From Deltaproteobacteria bacterium (GTDB lineage Bacteria; Desulfobacterota; Binatia; Binatales; Binataceae), in NCBI GenBank assembly GCA_021780755.1, contig JAJXYF010000014.1:31888-95887 (forward strand): a stretch of 64,000 bases of DNA, given 5' to 3'. Shown here piece after piece: positions 19,982-28,703 of this stretch; position 1 is the first letter of the stretch; each line of letters begins with the position of its first letter. Made by a program: the position numbers and the translations under genes. Under the pieces are notes generated by a model, which was given only the letters and a program-made list of their open reading frames with translations, was not told the DNA's origin and did not search any database.

Positions 19982-20398
19982 TTATCGCGTCACCCACGCG
20001 AGCATGCCACGCGCGATTATCTGATCGAGATAGGGGATCAGCTCGCCCAGTTCCGCGAGCTCGCTGAGAGTAATCCATCGCCAGTCGGAATGTTCATGCG
20101 GTTGCAGTGTGACCGCGCGTTGTGCGCTGGCCGGGCGACACGCGAACAGCAACTGCACATAAGGGCCGGGCGCCTTGTTGGCGCCCAACAGGCGATCGAT
20201 TTCGATTGCGAGGCCGGTCTCCTCCGCGACTTCGCGCGCGAGACCTTGCTCGAAAGTCTCATTGGCGGCCAGATGGCCACCGGGTAAATCCCAGGCCCCC
20301 GGCTTATAGGTCATAGACGGCGCGCGCCTGAGCACGAGGATCTTGCCATGGTGCTCGATCACGCCGTGCACGCCGATCCAGAATTGCAGCTCTGCCAT
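19982..20398 (-). CDS. Nudix hydrolase
   Basis: WDLPGG...REVAEETGL, EHSDWRW. Confidence 0.88.
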   Translation of the reverse strand: MAELQFWIGVHGVIEHHGKILVLRRAPSMTYKPGAWDLPGGHLAANETFEQGLAREVAEETGLAIEIDRLLGANKAPGPYVQLLFACRPASAQRAVTLQPHEHSDWRWITLSELAELGELIPYLDQIIARGMLAWVTR

Positions 20399-20451
20399 TT
20401 ACTTATTGTACCTAAATAGTTACCAGGAGGCGTAACACGCGCGAGCGTCAG

Positions 20452-22026
20452 TCATTTGCGCGTGCGTCCCCAGGCACCGCCACCCGGAGTCTCGATTCTT
20501 ATCCGATCTCCCGGCGCCAGTCCGAGGTTGGTCTTGCCCGGCAGTTTCTCGCGTTGGCCGTTGCGGCGCACCACATAGTTCTCCCCGACGGCGCCATCGC
20601 CGCCGCCGGCGAGCCCCCACGGCGCGATCAGGCGCCGTTCGGTCAGCAGGCTCACGTTGGATTTCACCAGGCATTCGAGTTCGCGCACGAGGCCGTCGCC
20701 GCCCGCGAATTTCCCACGGCCGCCGGAGCCGCGGCGCATCCGGTACTCGGTCACGCGCATCGGATAGTAGGCCTCCAGCGCCTCGATCGGCGTGTTGAGC
20801 GTGTTGGTCATGTGGGTGTGAATGCCGGAGGCGCCGGGATGGCCCGGGGCGGCGCCGGCGCCCCCCGCGATCGTTTCGTAATAGGAAAAATGGCGCGCGC
20901 GGAAAGTGTCGTAGCCGCCGACCGTCAGGTTCGACATCGAACCCGAACTGGCAGCCGCGATCCGTTCCGGCGCGGCCTGCGCCAGCGCGCGAAACAGCAC
21001 GTCAACGATACGCTGCGAAGTCTCGACGTTGCCGCCCGCGACGGCGGCCGGCGGCAGCGCATTTACGATCGTGGCTGGCGGTGCGATGAGCTTGATCGGG
21101 CGCATCAGCCCTTCATTGGCTGGCACCGCTTCGGCCGCCAGGCACTTCATGACATAGAACGTCGCCGAGAGGGTGATCGCGTAGTTGGCGTTGATCGAAC
21201 CGCGGACCTGCGGCGCGGTGCCGGTGAAATCGACGGTCGCGTGGCCGCCGCGAACTTCGATCGCGACACGAATGGGAATCGGCCCACGATCGAAGCCGTC
21301 GTCGTCCATCGCGTCGGCGGCGCGATAAACTCCCGGCGGGATTTTTTTGAGTGTCGCACGCATCAGGCGGTCGGCGTAATCCTTCAGCGCCTCCATCGCG
21401 GCGGCGACCTCGGCGCGCCCGACTGCCGCGACCAGGCCGAGCAGGCGGTCGGCTCCGACCCGGAGCGCCGCGAGCTGCGCGCGTAAGTCGCCCTCGCGCT
21501 CGTCACGCACGCGGGTATTGGCGAAGAACAGTTCGAAGACGTCGCGCGCGGGCTTTCCGGCGACCATCAATTTGACCGGCGGCAGGCGAAATCCTTCCTG
21601 GTAAATCTCGGTCGCCAAGGCCATCGAGCCCGGCGCCATCCCACCGATGTCCGCGTGATGCGCACGATCGGCGGCATAGGCAAATGGCCGGCGCTCGCCG
21701 TCGAGAAAAATCGGCGCGACCAGCGTGACGTCCGGCAGATGGGTGCCGCCGGCAAACGGGTCGTTGACGATCGCGACGTCGCCGGGCGCCAATTCGAGCC
21801 GTTCGATCACCGCGCGCACCGAGAGCGGCGTCGAGCCGAGATGAACGGGAATATGCGCCGCCTGCGCGACCAGTTCGCCGCGGCCGTCGAACAGCGCGCA
21901 CGAGAAATCGCGTCGCTCCTTGATATTCGGCGAGAAGCCGGTCTGGCCGAGGACCACGCCCATCTCCTCGGCGATCGCCGCCATCCGATTATTCATGACG
22001 GCCAAAGTCACCGGATCGAGTTTCAT
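20452..22026 (-). CDS. Hydantoinase B / 5-oxoprolinase subunit
   Basis: SPNIKERRDFS, HIPVHLG, NDPFAGGTHLPD, HHADIGG, ETPGGG. Confidence 0.95.
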   Translation of the reverse strand: MKLDPVTLAVMNNRMAAIAEEMGVVLGQTGFSPNIKERRDFSCALFDGRGELVAQAAHIPVHLGSTPLSVRAVIERLELAPGDVAIVNDPFAGGTHLPDVTLVAPIFLDGERRPFAYAADRAHHADIGGMAPGSMALATEIYQEGFRLPPVKLMVAGKPARDVFELFFANTRVRDEREGDLRAQLAALRVGADRLLGLVAAVGRAEVAAAMEALKDYADRLMRATLKKIPPGVYRAADAMDDDGFDRGPIPIRVAIEVRGGHATVDFTGTAPQVRGSINANYAITLSATFYVMKCLAAEAVPANEGLMRPIKLIAPPATIVNALPPAAVAGGNVETSQRIVDVLFRALAQAAPERIAAASSGSMSNLTVGGYDTFRARHFSYYETIAGGAGAAPGHPGASGIHTHMTNTLNTPIEALEAYYPMRVTEYRMRRGSGGRGKFAGGDGLVRELECLVKSNVSLLTERRLIAPWGLAGGGDGAVGENYVVRRNGQREKLPGKTNLGLAPGDRIRIETPGGGAWGRTRK

Positions 22027-24065
22027 CGCAGCTCCAGATGAAGGTTGCCGAAGTCGTCGTTGCGCAAGGTGAACTCGGGCGAGAGGTAAGCGGTCGCACT
22101 CAACTCGACGATAATCGCGGGCCCGTTGATTTTCGCGCCGGCGCCAATTTCATCGCGCGCAAAGACTGGCACGATCCGGCGCGCGCCGCCCACGATTACG
22201 CTCATCTTCGAGATGGGCATGGGCTTGGACTTTGCCCTTGGAATCCGCGCCGGCGCGATCGATGGGCCTCCGGCCGCAGCGCGCAAGCGCAGATTTACGA
22301 CCTCGACCGGCGCGTCGGGCGCGGCATACCCAAACGTCCGCCGATGGGCCTGATGGAAGTCGTTGACGAAGCGCGGACCCAGCGCCACCTCGATTTCGTA
22401 GGATTGGCCGCGATAGCGCACGTCGGCGCGCAGGTCGAGCTTGATCGCCGCCGGCTTGGCGCCCTGCGCGGTCAATTCGGCGCGCGCACGGGTGATCAGC
22501 GGACGCGCCCGCGCGCGCAGCCGGCGAAGCTCCGGCGCGGTCTCGCGCACCGTCATCGAATATTCGCGGCCGAGCGGCGCCCCGAGGGCGCCCCAGGCGC
22601 AGAGCAGGCCGGGATTTCGCGGCAGCACGATGCGGCGGATGCCGAGATCGAGGGCGAGCTCGCAGGCATGCATCGGGCCGGCGCCACCGAACGCCATCAG
22701 CGCGAAATTGCGCGGGTCGTGGCCGCACTCGACGGTAATCACGCGAATCGCGCGCTCCATGTTGGCGTTGACCACGCGAATCACTCCGCGTGCCGCGTTT
22801 GCCGCACTGGTTCTCATGGCGCGGGCGAGCCGGGCAATCGCGCGATCGGCGCGGGCGGGAAAAAGGCGCATGCTGCCGCCGAGAAAATTTTCAGCGACCA
22901 GCCGTCCCGCGACCAAATCGGCGTCGGTCACCGTTGGCGACTCGCCGCGTCCGTAGCAGGCCGGTCCCGGATTCGCGCCGGCGCTTTGTGGTCCGACTTT
23001 GAGCGAGCCACCCGCATCGACGGACGCGATCGAGCCGCCGCCGGCGCCCACCGTATGGATATCGATCACCGGCGTGCGCACCGCATAGCCGCTGGGATAG
23101 CTGAGCGAGCGGATGCGGGCGGCGCGGTCGAAGAGCGAAACATCGGTCGAAGTACCGCCCATGTCGAAGGTGATAAAGCGATCGACGCCCATCGCGCGCA
23201 CCAGGTCGCCGGCGCCGACGACGCCGGCCGCCGGGCCCGAGAGAATCGTCCGCACGGGCTCCTCGCGCGCGAGGCGCGTGCCGATCGCATAGCCATTCGA
23301 TTGCATCACGCGCAGCCGCGCCCGGCCGAGCGATCGCTCCAGGTTCTCCAGATGCGCGACCATCCGCGGCGCCACGTAGGCGTTGATGACGGTAGTCGAG
23401 AGCCGTTCGAATTCACGGTATTCGGCGAGGATTCGATGCGAAACCGAAAGCGATCGTTTGAGCGGCGCGAGCGCGCGCGCGATCGCGTTCTCGCTCGTCG
23501 GGTTGGCGTACGAATGAAGCAGACATACCGCGAACGCCTCGGCCCCGCTGCGTTGGGCGAGCTTGCGCACGCGCGCGAGTTCGGCGGGCGCCAGCGGCGT
23601 GGCGATCTTGCCGTCGAAGAGCGTGCGACCGCCGACGCCGATACGCAGCGCCCGCGGCACCAGCGGTTCGGGCCGCTCCGGTGCCAGCGCGTAAAGCTCG
23701 GTACGGTTTTGCCGCCCGATCTCGATCAGGTCCTCGAAGCCGGCGTCAACCAGCAGCGCGACCCGCGCGCCCTTCTTTTCGAGCAAGGCGTTGGTCGCGA
23801 CCGTCGAACTGTAGGTGACCGCGTCGGCCGGCGCGCCACCGAGGATCGTTTTGAGGCCCTCGATTACCGCTTGCGCCGGATCGTGCGGCGTCGAGGGCAG
23901 CTTATGTACGCGAAGTTCGCCGCCGACGATCGCGACCAGATCGGTAAACGTACCGCCGGTATCGATTCCGACCATGATAGGCGCGCCCGCTTTCGACCCA
24001 TCGGCATCGGGCGCGGCGTGGCGCCGTGGCCGAGCATCCACGATTGGAGACGGCTTGCGGGTCAC
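22023..24065 (-). CDS. Hydantoinase A / 5-oxoprolinase subunit
   Basis: GIDTGGTFTD, SGPAAGV, FDMGGTSTD, TVGAGGGS, GPACYG. Confidence 0.95.
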   Translation of the reverse strand: MTRKPSPIVDARPRRHAAPDADGSKAGAPIMVGIDTGGTFTDLVAIVGGELRVHKLPSTPHDPAQAVIEGLKTILGGAPADAVTYSSTVATNALLEKKGARVALLVDAGFEDLIEIGRQNRTELYALAPERPEPLVPRALRIGVGGRTLFDGKIATPLAPAELARVRKLAQRSGAEAFAVCLLHSYANPTSENAIARALAPLKRSLSVSHRILAEYREFERLSTTVINAYVAPRMVAHLENLERSLGRARLRVMQSNGYAIGTRLAREEPVRTILSGPAAGVVGAGDLVRAMGVDRFITFDMGGTSTDVSLFDRAARIRSLSYPSGYAVRTPVIDIHTVGAGGGSIASVDAGGSLKVGPQSAGANPGPACYGRGESPTVTDADLVAGRLVAENFLGGSMRLFPARADRAIARLARAMRTSAANAARGVIRVVNANMERAIRVITVECGHDPRNFALMAFGGAGPMHACELALDLGIRRIVLPRNPGLLCAWGALGAPLGREYSMTVRETAPELRRLRARARPLITRARAELTAQGAKPAAIKLDLRADVRYRGQSYEIEVALGPRFVNDFHQAHRRTFGYAAPDAPVEVVNLRLRAAAGGPSIAPARIPRAKSKPMPISKMSVIVGGARRIVPVFARDEIGAGAKINGPAIIVELSATAYLSPEFTLRNDDFGNLHLELR

Positions 24066-25009
24066 GGCCGAACCACGATTTTGAATTTTGATTTATCGGC
24101 GGCGGCCGCGAACGCGGCAACGCCGTCGTCGAGCGAGAAGGTGCCGTCGATGAGCGGCCGCGGATCGAATCGCCCGGCCGCGAGCGCCGCGATCGCCGGC
24201 GTGAAACGTCCGCAGCGCGAACCGATTATCGTGATCTCGTTGATGACGACCGGCGCCAGGTTCATCGCGGCGCCCGCGGCGGCCGTGCTCTTGAGAATCA
24301 CCGTCCCCCGCGGCCGCACCAACGCGATCGCCCGCGTGAATCCTGCGCTCTGGCCGGTGCAATCGATTACGACGTCGTAGCCGGGCGCGAGTTTGTCAGC
24401 CAATTCAGTACGCAGGCCGAGGGCGGCGAGCCGCTGGAGTTTTTCGGGATGATGGCCGGCGACGACCGGCGCGAAATTTTCACCATTCAAGGCGAGCGCG
24501 ACCATCGCCCCAAGGCGTCCATCGCCGAGAATCGCGATCCGATCGGTGCGCTTCAGACTCGCTTGTTCGAGAATTTCGCAGGCGGCGGCGAACGGTTCAG
24601 CAAAAACCGCGGATTCGTCCGCGACTGCATCCGGGATCGCGATGAGGTTCGCGTTGGGCAGACGCAAGTATTCGGCGAATGCACCATCGCGTCCGAGAAT
24701 CCCGAGCACGGTGCGCGTCGGGCAATGGCGTCCCATCCCGTCGATACACCAGTTGCACGTTCCGCAACTCGTGTTGATCTCGCCGGCGACGCGTTTGCCG
24801 ACTAGCGCGAGGTTTTCCGATTGCATCACGCGGCCGACGAATTCATGGCCGGGGACGCCCCGGTATTCCATGTAGCCGCGCGTGATTTCGAGATCGGTAC
24901 CGCAAATGCCGGCCACGCTCACCTTGACGATACTCTCGCCGGAAACCGGCACCGGGTCGGGATAGTCGGTGCGCAGATGAAGTTTGCCGTCGAAGACCAG
25001 CGCGCGCAT
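24062..25009 (-). CDS. Zinc-dependent alcohol dehydrogenase (MDR family)
   Basis: GICGTD, GHEFVG, CGTCNWC...HC, GSRCG. Confidence 0.92.
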   Translation of the reverse strand: MRALVFDGKLHLRTDYPDPVPVSGESIVKVSVAGICGTDLEITRGYMEYRGVPGHEFVGRVMQSENLALVGKRVAGEINTSCGTCNWCIDGMGRHCPTRTVLGILGRDGAFAEYLRLPNANLIAIPDAVADESAVFAEPFAAACEILEQASLKRTDRIAILGDGRLGAMVALALNGENFAPVVAGHHPEKLQRLAALGLRTELADKLAPGYDVVIDCTGQSAGFTRAIALVRPRGTVILKSTAAAGAAMNLAPVVINEITIIGSRCGRFTPAIAALAAGRFDPRPLIDGTFSLDDGVAAFAAAADKSKFKIVVRP

Positions 25010-25021
25010 GGGACGGCATTG

Positions 25022-25057
25022 AAACAGAAAAGCCGCGGAGCTGGCTACCCCGCGGCC
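25022..25057 (-). terminator. Probable intrinsic terminator after the FmdB-like gene
   Basis: gccgcgg/ccgcggc stem followed on the minus strand by ttttctgttt. Confidence 0.55.
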
Positions 25058-25089
25058 CTCACGCCGATGCGCTATTGATTAAAAATCGA

Positions 25090-25485
25090 TCAGTCGGTGG
25101 ATTTGCTCGCCGAGCTTTTCTCCGCACTCGATTTGCCCGACGACGCTGGCACGGTGGAGGATGCGGGGGCGCTTTTGCCGTTCGCATCGGATGAAGTTGA
25201 AGACGATTCCGACTTGCTCGCGGTGTCCGCTTTGGAGGTGTCGGACTTTGTGGATTCGGACTTGGACGCGTCTGTCTTGGCCGAATCGACCTTGGAGGCG
25301 TCGCCGTTGGACTTCGCGTAGTCAGTCGCGTACCAGCCGGTGCCTTTGAGGATGAATGAAGTTCGCGACAACATCCGTTCGACCTTGCTTTTGCAGGTCG
25401 GGCACTTTCTGAGCGCGTTTTCGGTGATCCGCTGCGTCACCTCGAACTCTCCGCATTTGGGGCACTTGTATTCGTAAATGGGCAT
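25090..25485 (-). CDS. FmdB-family zinc ribbon protein with Ser/Lys-rich tail
   Basis: [12 protein letters not shown]...CPTC...[13 protein letters not shown]. Confidence 0.9.
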   Translation of the reverse strand: MPIYEYKCPKCGEFEVTQRITENALRKCPTCKSKVERMLSRTSFILKGTGWYATDYAKSNGDASKVDSAKTDASKSESTKSDTSKADTASKSESSSTSSDANGKSAPASSTVPASSGKSSAEKSSASKSTD

Positions 25486-25645
25486 TGCTTCTCGATGTCT
25501 CTCGCGGAAATTACACGGTTTCCCTTGAATTTAGGTAATCACGCGCTCCGGCGATGTCAACGCGACGCGCGAAATTTCGCTTTTCTTTCGACTCGCACGG
25601 CGGCCTGAATCCACCGCACATTCTTACCTTCCGTCCCTCAGCTTA

Positions 25646-25987
25646 TCACGATGCGGTGCGCACGAGTGCCTCCAGGCGTGCCGCGATCGCGGCGGCGTCA
25701 CACGGCTCGATGCGCACGGTTTTGCGCCGCGACGTTTCGCCCCGGACGATCGCGATCGCTGAACGAGCGACCTTCAGTTCGCGCGCAAGGTACTCGATCA
25801 GCTCGTCGTTGGCCTTGCCCTTTTCGGGCGCCGAGTTGAGCGCGATTATCAATCCGCGCGGGTCGATACGTACGATACCGCGCGGCGACGCGCCCGGCCG
25901 CGCCACGATTTCGATCGTTATCCGGTTTTCGCCGCGCGCGAGCCATGAGTCCGATCCGGTTGCGGCATGGGCGGGCGCCCGCGCCAT
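25646..25987 (-). CDS. DUF167 (YggU) family protein
   Basis: PGAS, APEKGKANDEL, IVRGETSRRK; follows yggT. Confidence 0.85.
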   Translation of the reverse strand: MARAPAHAATGSDSWLARGENRITIEIVARPGASPRGIVRIDPRGLIIALNSAPEKGKANDELIEYLARELKVARSAIAIVRGETSRRKTVRIEPCDAAAIAARLEALVRTAS

Positions 25988-26289
25988 CAGGCGAAGCCGA
26001 AGACCAGGATTCGGGTGAGCGTGGGGATCAGATATTGCTGCAGGAATTGAATCCCGATGATCACGATAATCGGCGATAAATCGATGCCGCCGAGAACCAC
26101 CGGCAAGTGTTCGCGGAAGAAATCGAAGACCGGGTCGGTCAACGCTCGGATAGTGCGCACGATGGGGTTGTACGGATTGGGATCGATCCACGACATCACC
26201 GCGGAGGCGATCACGATCCAGAAATAGAGCGTGAGGATTCCCGACAGAACCTGCGCGATCCAGAATACAAAGTTGGTCCAGACAAACAC
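25987..26289 (-). CDS. yggT: YggT family membrane protein
   Basis: SWIDPNPYNPIV, LTDP, GGIDLSPI. Confidence 0.9.
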   Translation of the reverse strand: MFVWTNFVFWIAQVLSGILTLYFWIVIASAVMSWIDPNPYNPIVRTIRALTDPVFDFFREHLPVVLGGIDLSPIIVIIGIQFLQQYLIPTLTRILVFGFA

Positions 26290-26311
26290 GTCGCCGTTTG
26301 AGTCCTCCGCG

Positions 26312-27202
26312 CTATGACCGTCCGAGCTCGCGCGATCGGTTCGCGGCGGCATGAACGGCGCCGGCTACGATATCAGAAAAACGGAGGTCGTCGAACTTGC
26401 GCAGGGCGGCCTCAGTGGTGCCGCCGGGCGAGGCGACGATCCTGATCAATTCGGCGGCGGTCATCGGCGAGCGGCGCATGTTTTCCTCGGCGCCGCGCAG
26501 CGTCTTCAACGCCATCCGCGTCGCGAGTTCCGGCGGCAGCCCCTCACTCACGCCGGCGTCCGCGAGTGCCTTGACGAAAAGATACACGTAGGCCGGTCCG
26601 CTGCCGGAAAGCGCGGTCACGGCGTCGAGCAAACTCTCATCGGCGAGCGCGACGGCGTCGCCCACCGCGGCGAAAATCCGCAGCGCGAAGGCCTCATCGG
26701 CGCGATTCGCGCCGGGTGCCCGCACCAGCGCCGCCATCCCCTGACCGACCATCGCGGGCGCGTTGGGCATCACGCGGATCACGCGCGCGCCGGGGCCGAG
26801 CGCCGTGGTCATCCGCGTGAGCGTGATGCCGGCGGCGATCGAGATAAACAGGCGATCCGCGGGCTTCACGTTCTTCGCCGCGGGTTTGCTCGCGGCGCGT
26901 GAGGACTTGCGCGCAGGGCCGGCGCCGGGTTGCTCCGAGACGCGCATCGCGGCGGCCATCTCGCCCAGCACGTCGTCGATATTCTGCGGCTTCACCGCGA
27001 GCAACAGCGCGCGCGAATCGCGCAGCACGACGAGGTTGTCGGCGGTGGTTTCAACTTTAAGTGAACGCGCAAGCTTGCGCCGGCGTGCCGGATCGACGTC
27101 GGAGACGATCACGTCGCCGGGCTTGAAGATTTTCTTTTCGAGCAGGCCGCGCACGAGCGCCTCGGCCATATTGCCGCCGCCGATGAATCCGAGTTTTTTC
27201 AT
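26312..27202 (-). CDS. proC: Pyrroline-5-carboxylate reductase
   Basis: GFIGGGNMA, AVKPQ, RVMPN, TALSGSGPAY, SPGGTT. Confidence 0.96.
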   Translation of the reverse strand: MKKLGFIGGGNMAEALVRGLLEKKIFKPGDVIVSDVDPARRRKLARSLKVETTADNLVVLRDSRALLLAVKPQNIDDVLGEMAAAMRVSEQPGAGPARKSSRAASKPAAKNVKPADRLFISIAAGITLTRMTTALGPGARVIRVMPNAPAMVGQGMAALVRAPGANRADEAFALRIFAAVGDAVALADESLLDAVTALSGSGPAYVYLFVKALADAGVSEGLPPELATRMALKTLRGAEENMRRSPMTAAELIRIVASPGGTTEAALRKFDDLRFSDIVAGAVHAAANRSRELGRS

Positions 27203-27212
27203 CCTGGTCCCT

Positions 27213-27917
27213 TTATCGCACACGTTCGCCGAACACCGCGCGACCGACGCGCACGATGGTTGCGCCCTCTTCGATCGCGACCTCGTAGTCCTCGCTCATT
27301 CCCATGGAAAGCTCGCTCAACGCAAGGCCGCACCGCGCCGCCAGGCGATCGCGAAGTTCGCGCAACTGCGTGAACCAGGGCCGCGCCGCCGAGGGATTTG
27401 CCGCCGCCGGCGGAATGGTCATCAGCCCGCGCACCTCGACCAGCGCCCGCACCGACTCGATCAGCGCCGCGACCGCATCGGGATCGACGCCGCTCTTGGA
27501 CGCCTCGCCGCCGAGCCTTACTTCAATCAATACCGGCATCGGGGGCGCCGGATGCGCGCGGGCGAGGGCGTTGGCAAGCCGCAAGCTGTCGAGGGTATGC
27601 ACCAGGTTGAAGTTCTCCGCCGCGACGCGCGCCTTGTTGCTCTGCAGATGGCCGATCAGGTGCCATCGCGCTTCGCGCAGATGTGCGAGCGCGGCGCGCT
27701 TGGCGATCGCCTCCTGCACGTAATTCTCGCCGAAGTCGCGGGCCCCGGCGGCATACGCCGCGGCCACGGCCGCGGGCGGCTGGATCTTGCTCGCGAGCAC
27801 CAGGCATACCGAGGACGTCGCGCGATGCGCACGATCGCATGCCCGCGCGATTCGTTCGCGGACAGCGCCGAGCCGCGCGGCGATTTCGTCCATCGGGAGG
27901 TCCGTTGCGGTCGTCAT
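27213..27917 (-). CDS. yggS: PLP homeostasis protein YggS
   Basis: FGENYVQE, WHLIGHLQSNK, GLMTIP, LSMGMSEDY, VRVGRAVFG. Confidence 0.95.
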   Translation of the reverse strand: MTTATDLPMDEIAARLGAVRERIARACDRAHRATSSVCLVLASKIQPPAAVAAAYAAGARDFGENYVQEAIAKRAALAHLREARWHLIGHLQSNKARVAAENFNLVHTLDSLRLANALARAHPAPPMPVLIEVRLGGEASKSGVDPDAVAALIESVRALVEVRGLMTIPPAAANPSAARPWFTQLRELRDRLAARCGLALSELSMGMSEDYEVAIEEGATIVRVGRAVFGERVR

Positions 27918-27918
27918 C

Positions 27919-28512
27919 TTAATCCGAGCCCTCGGATGAGGGTGCGATTCCATGGCGGCGCAGCGCGGCCAGCACTTCGCGCACCGGCAGGCCCATCACG
28001 TTGTCGCGCGCGCCGTTCACCCGCTCGATAAAGCCCGCGCCGGCGTCCTGGATTCCGTAGGCGCCAGCCTTGTCCAGCGGATCGCCGCCGTCAACGTAGG
28101 CGGCGATTTCATGCGGCGACAAATCGCGAAAGGTGACGCGGCTCTTGACCGTCATGCTCTCGGCGATCGCGCCCTTGCGAGCGAGTGCGAAGGCGGTTAC
28201 GACGGTGTGGGTATTGCCTGAGAGCGTGCGCAACATCGCCCGCGCGACGGCGGCGTTGGTCGGCTTGCCGAGGATTTGCCCGTCGCATTCGACGATCGTG
28301 TCGGCGGCGAGAATCAGCGCGTCGGGGCAGCGGGCGGAAACGTTGAGTGCCTTCTCGCGGGCCATCCGCAACGCAAAGTCCGGCGCGCTCTCGCCGTCGC
28401 GGCGCACCTCCTCGAGATTGCTTTCGACAATATCGAAGTCAAGACCCGTCGCGCTCAGCAGCGTTTTGCGCCGGGGCGAGGCGGAGGCCAGAATCAACTT
28501 GATTGAACTCAT
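27919..28512 (-). CDS. maf: Maf family nucleotide pyrophosphatase
   Basis: LILASASPRR, AADTIV, LGKP, DKAGAYGIQ, NVMGLP. Confidence 0.95.
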   Translation of the reverse strand: MSSIKLILASASPRRKTLLSATGLDFDIVESNLEEVRRDGESAPDFALRMAREKALNVSARCPDALILAADTIVECDGQILGKPTNAAVARAMLRTLSGNTHTVVTAFALARKGAIAESMTVKSRVTFRDLSPHEIAAYVDGGDPLDKAGAYGIQDAGAGFIERVNGARDNVMGLPVREVLAALRRHGIAPSSEGSD

Positions 28513-28703
28513 GCGGTGACCGTCAGGCTTCGTCGCTCCCCGTGGTGGCTTGCGGTCGTTATTTTCAACGCCGCGGCAGAGGCCGGCATTGGAGTTGTTG
28601 CCAGACCGTGGCGCCCGTCGCAAGTGGGCGAGCCGCAATTCGCGCCGCGCGGATTTGCGCGCGACGCATTGAAGCATCCGCGCGCGTCAGATAACCAGTC
28701 TGG

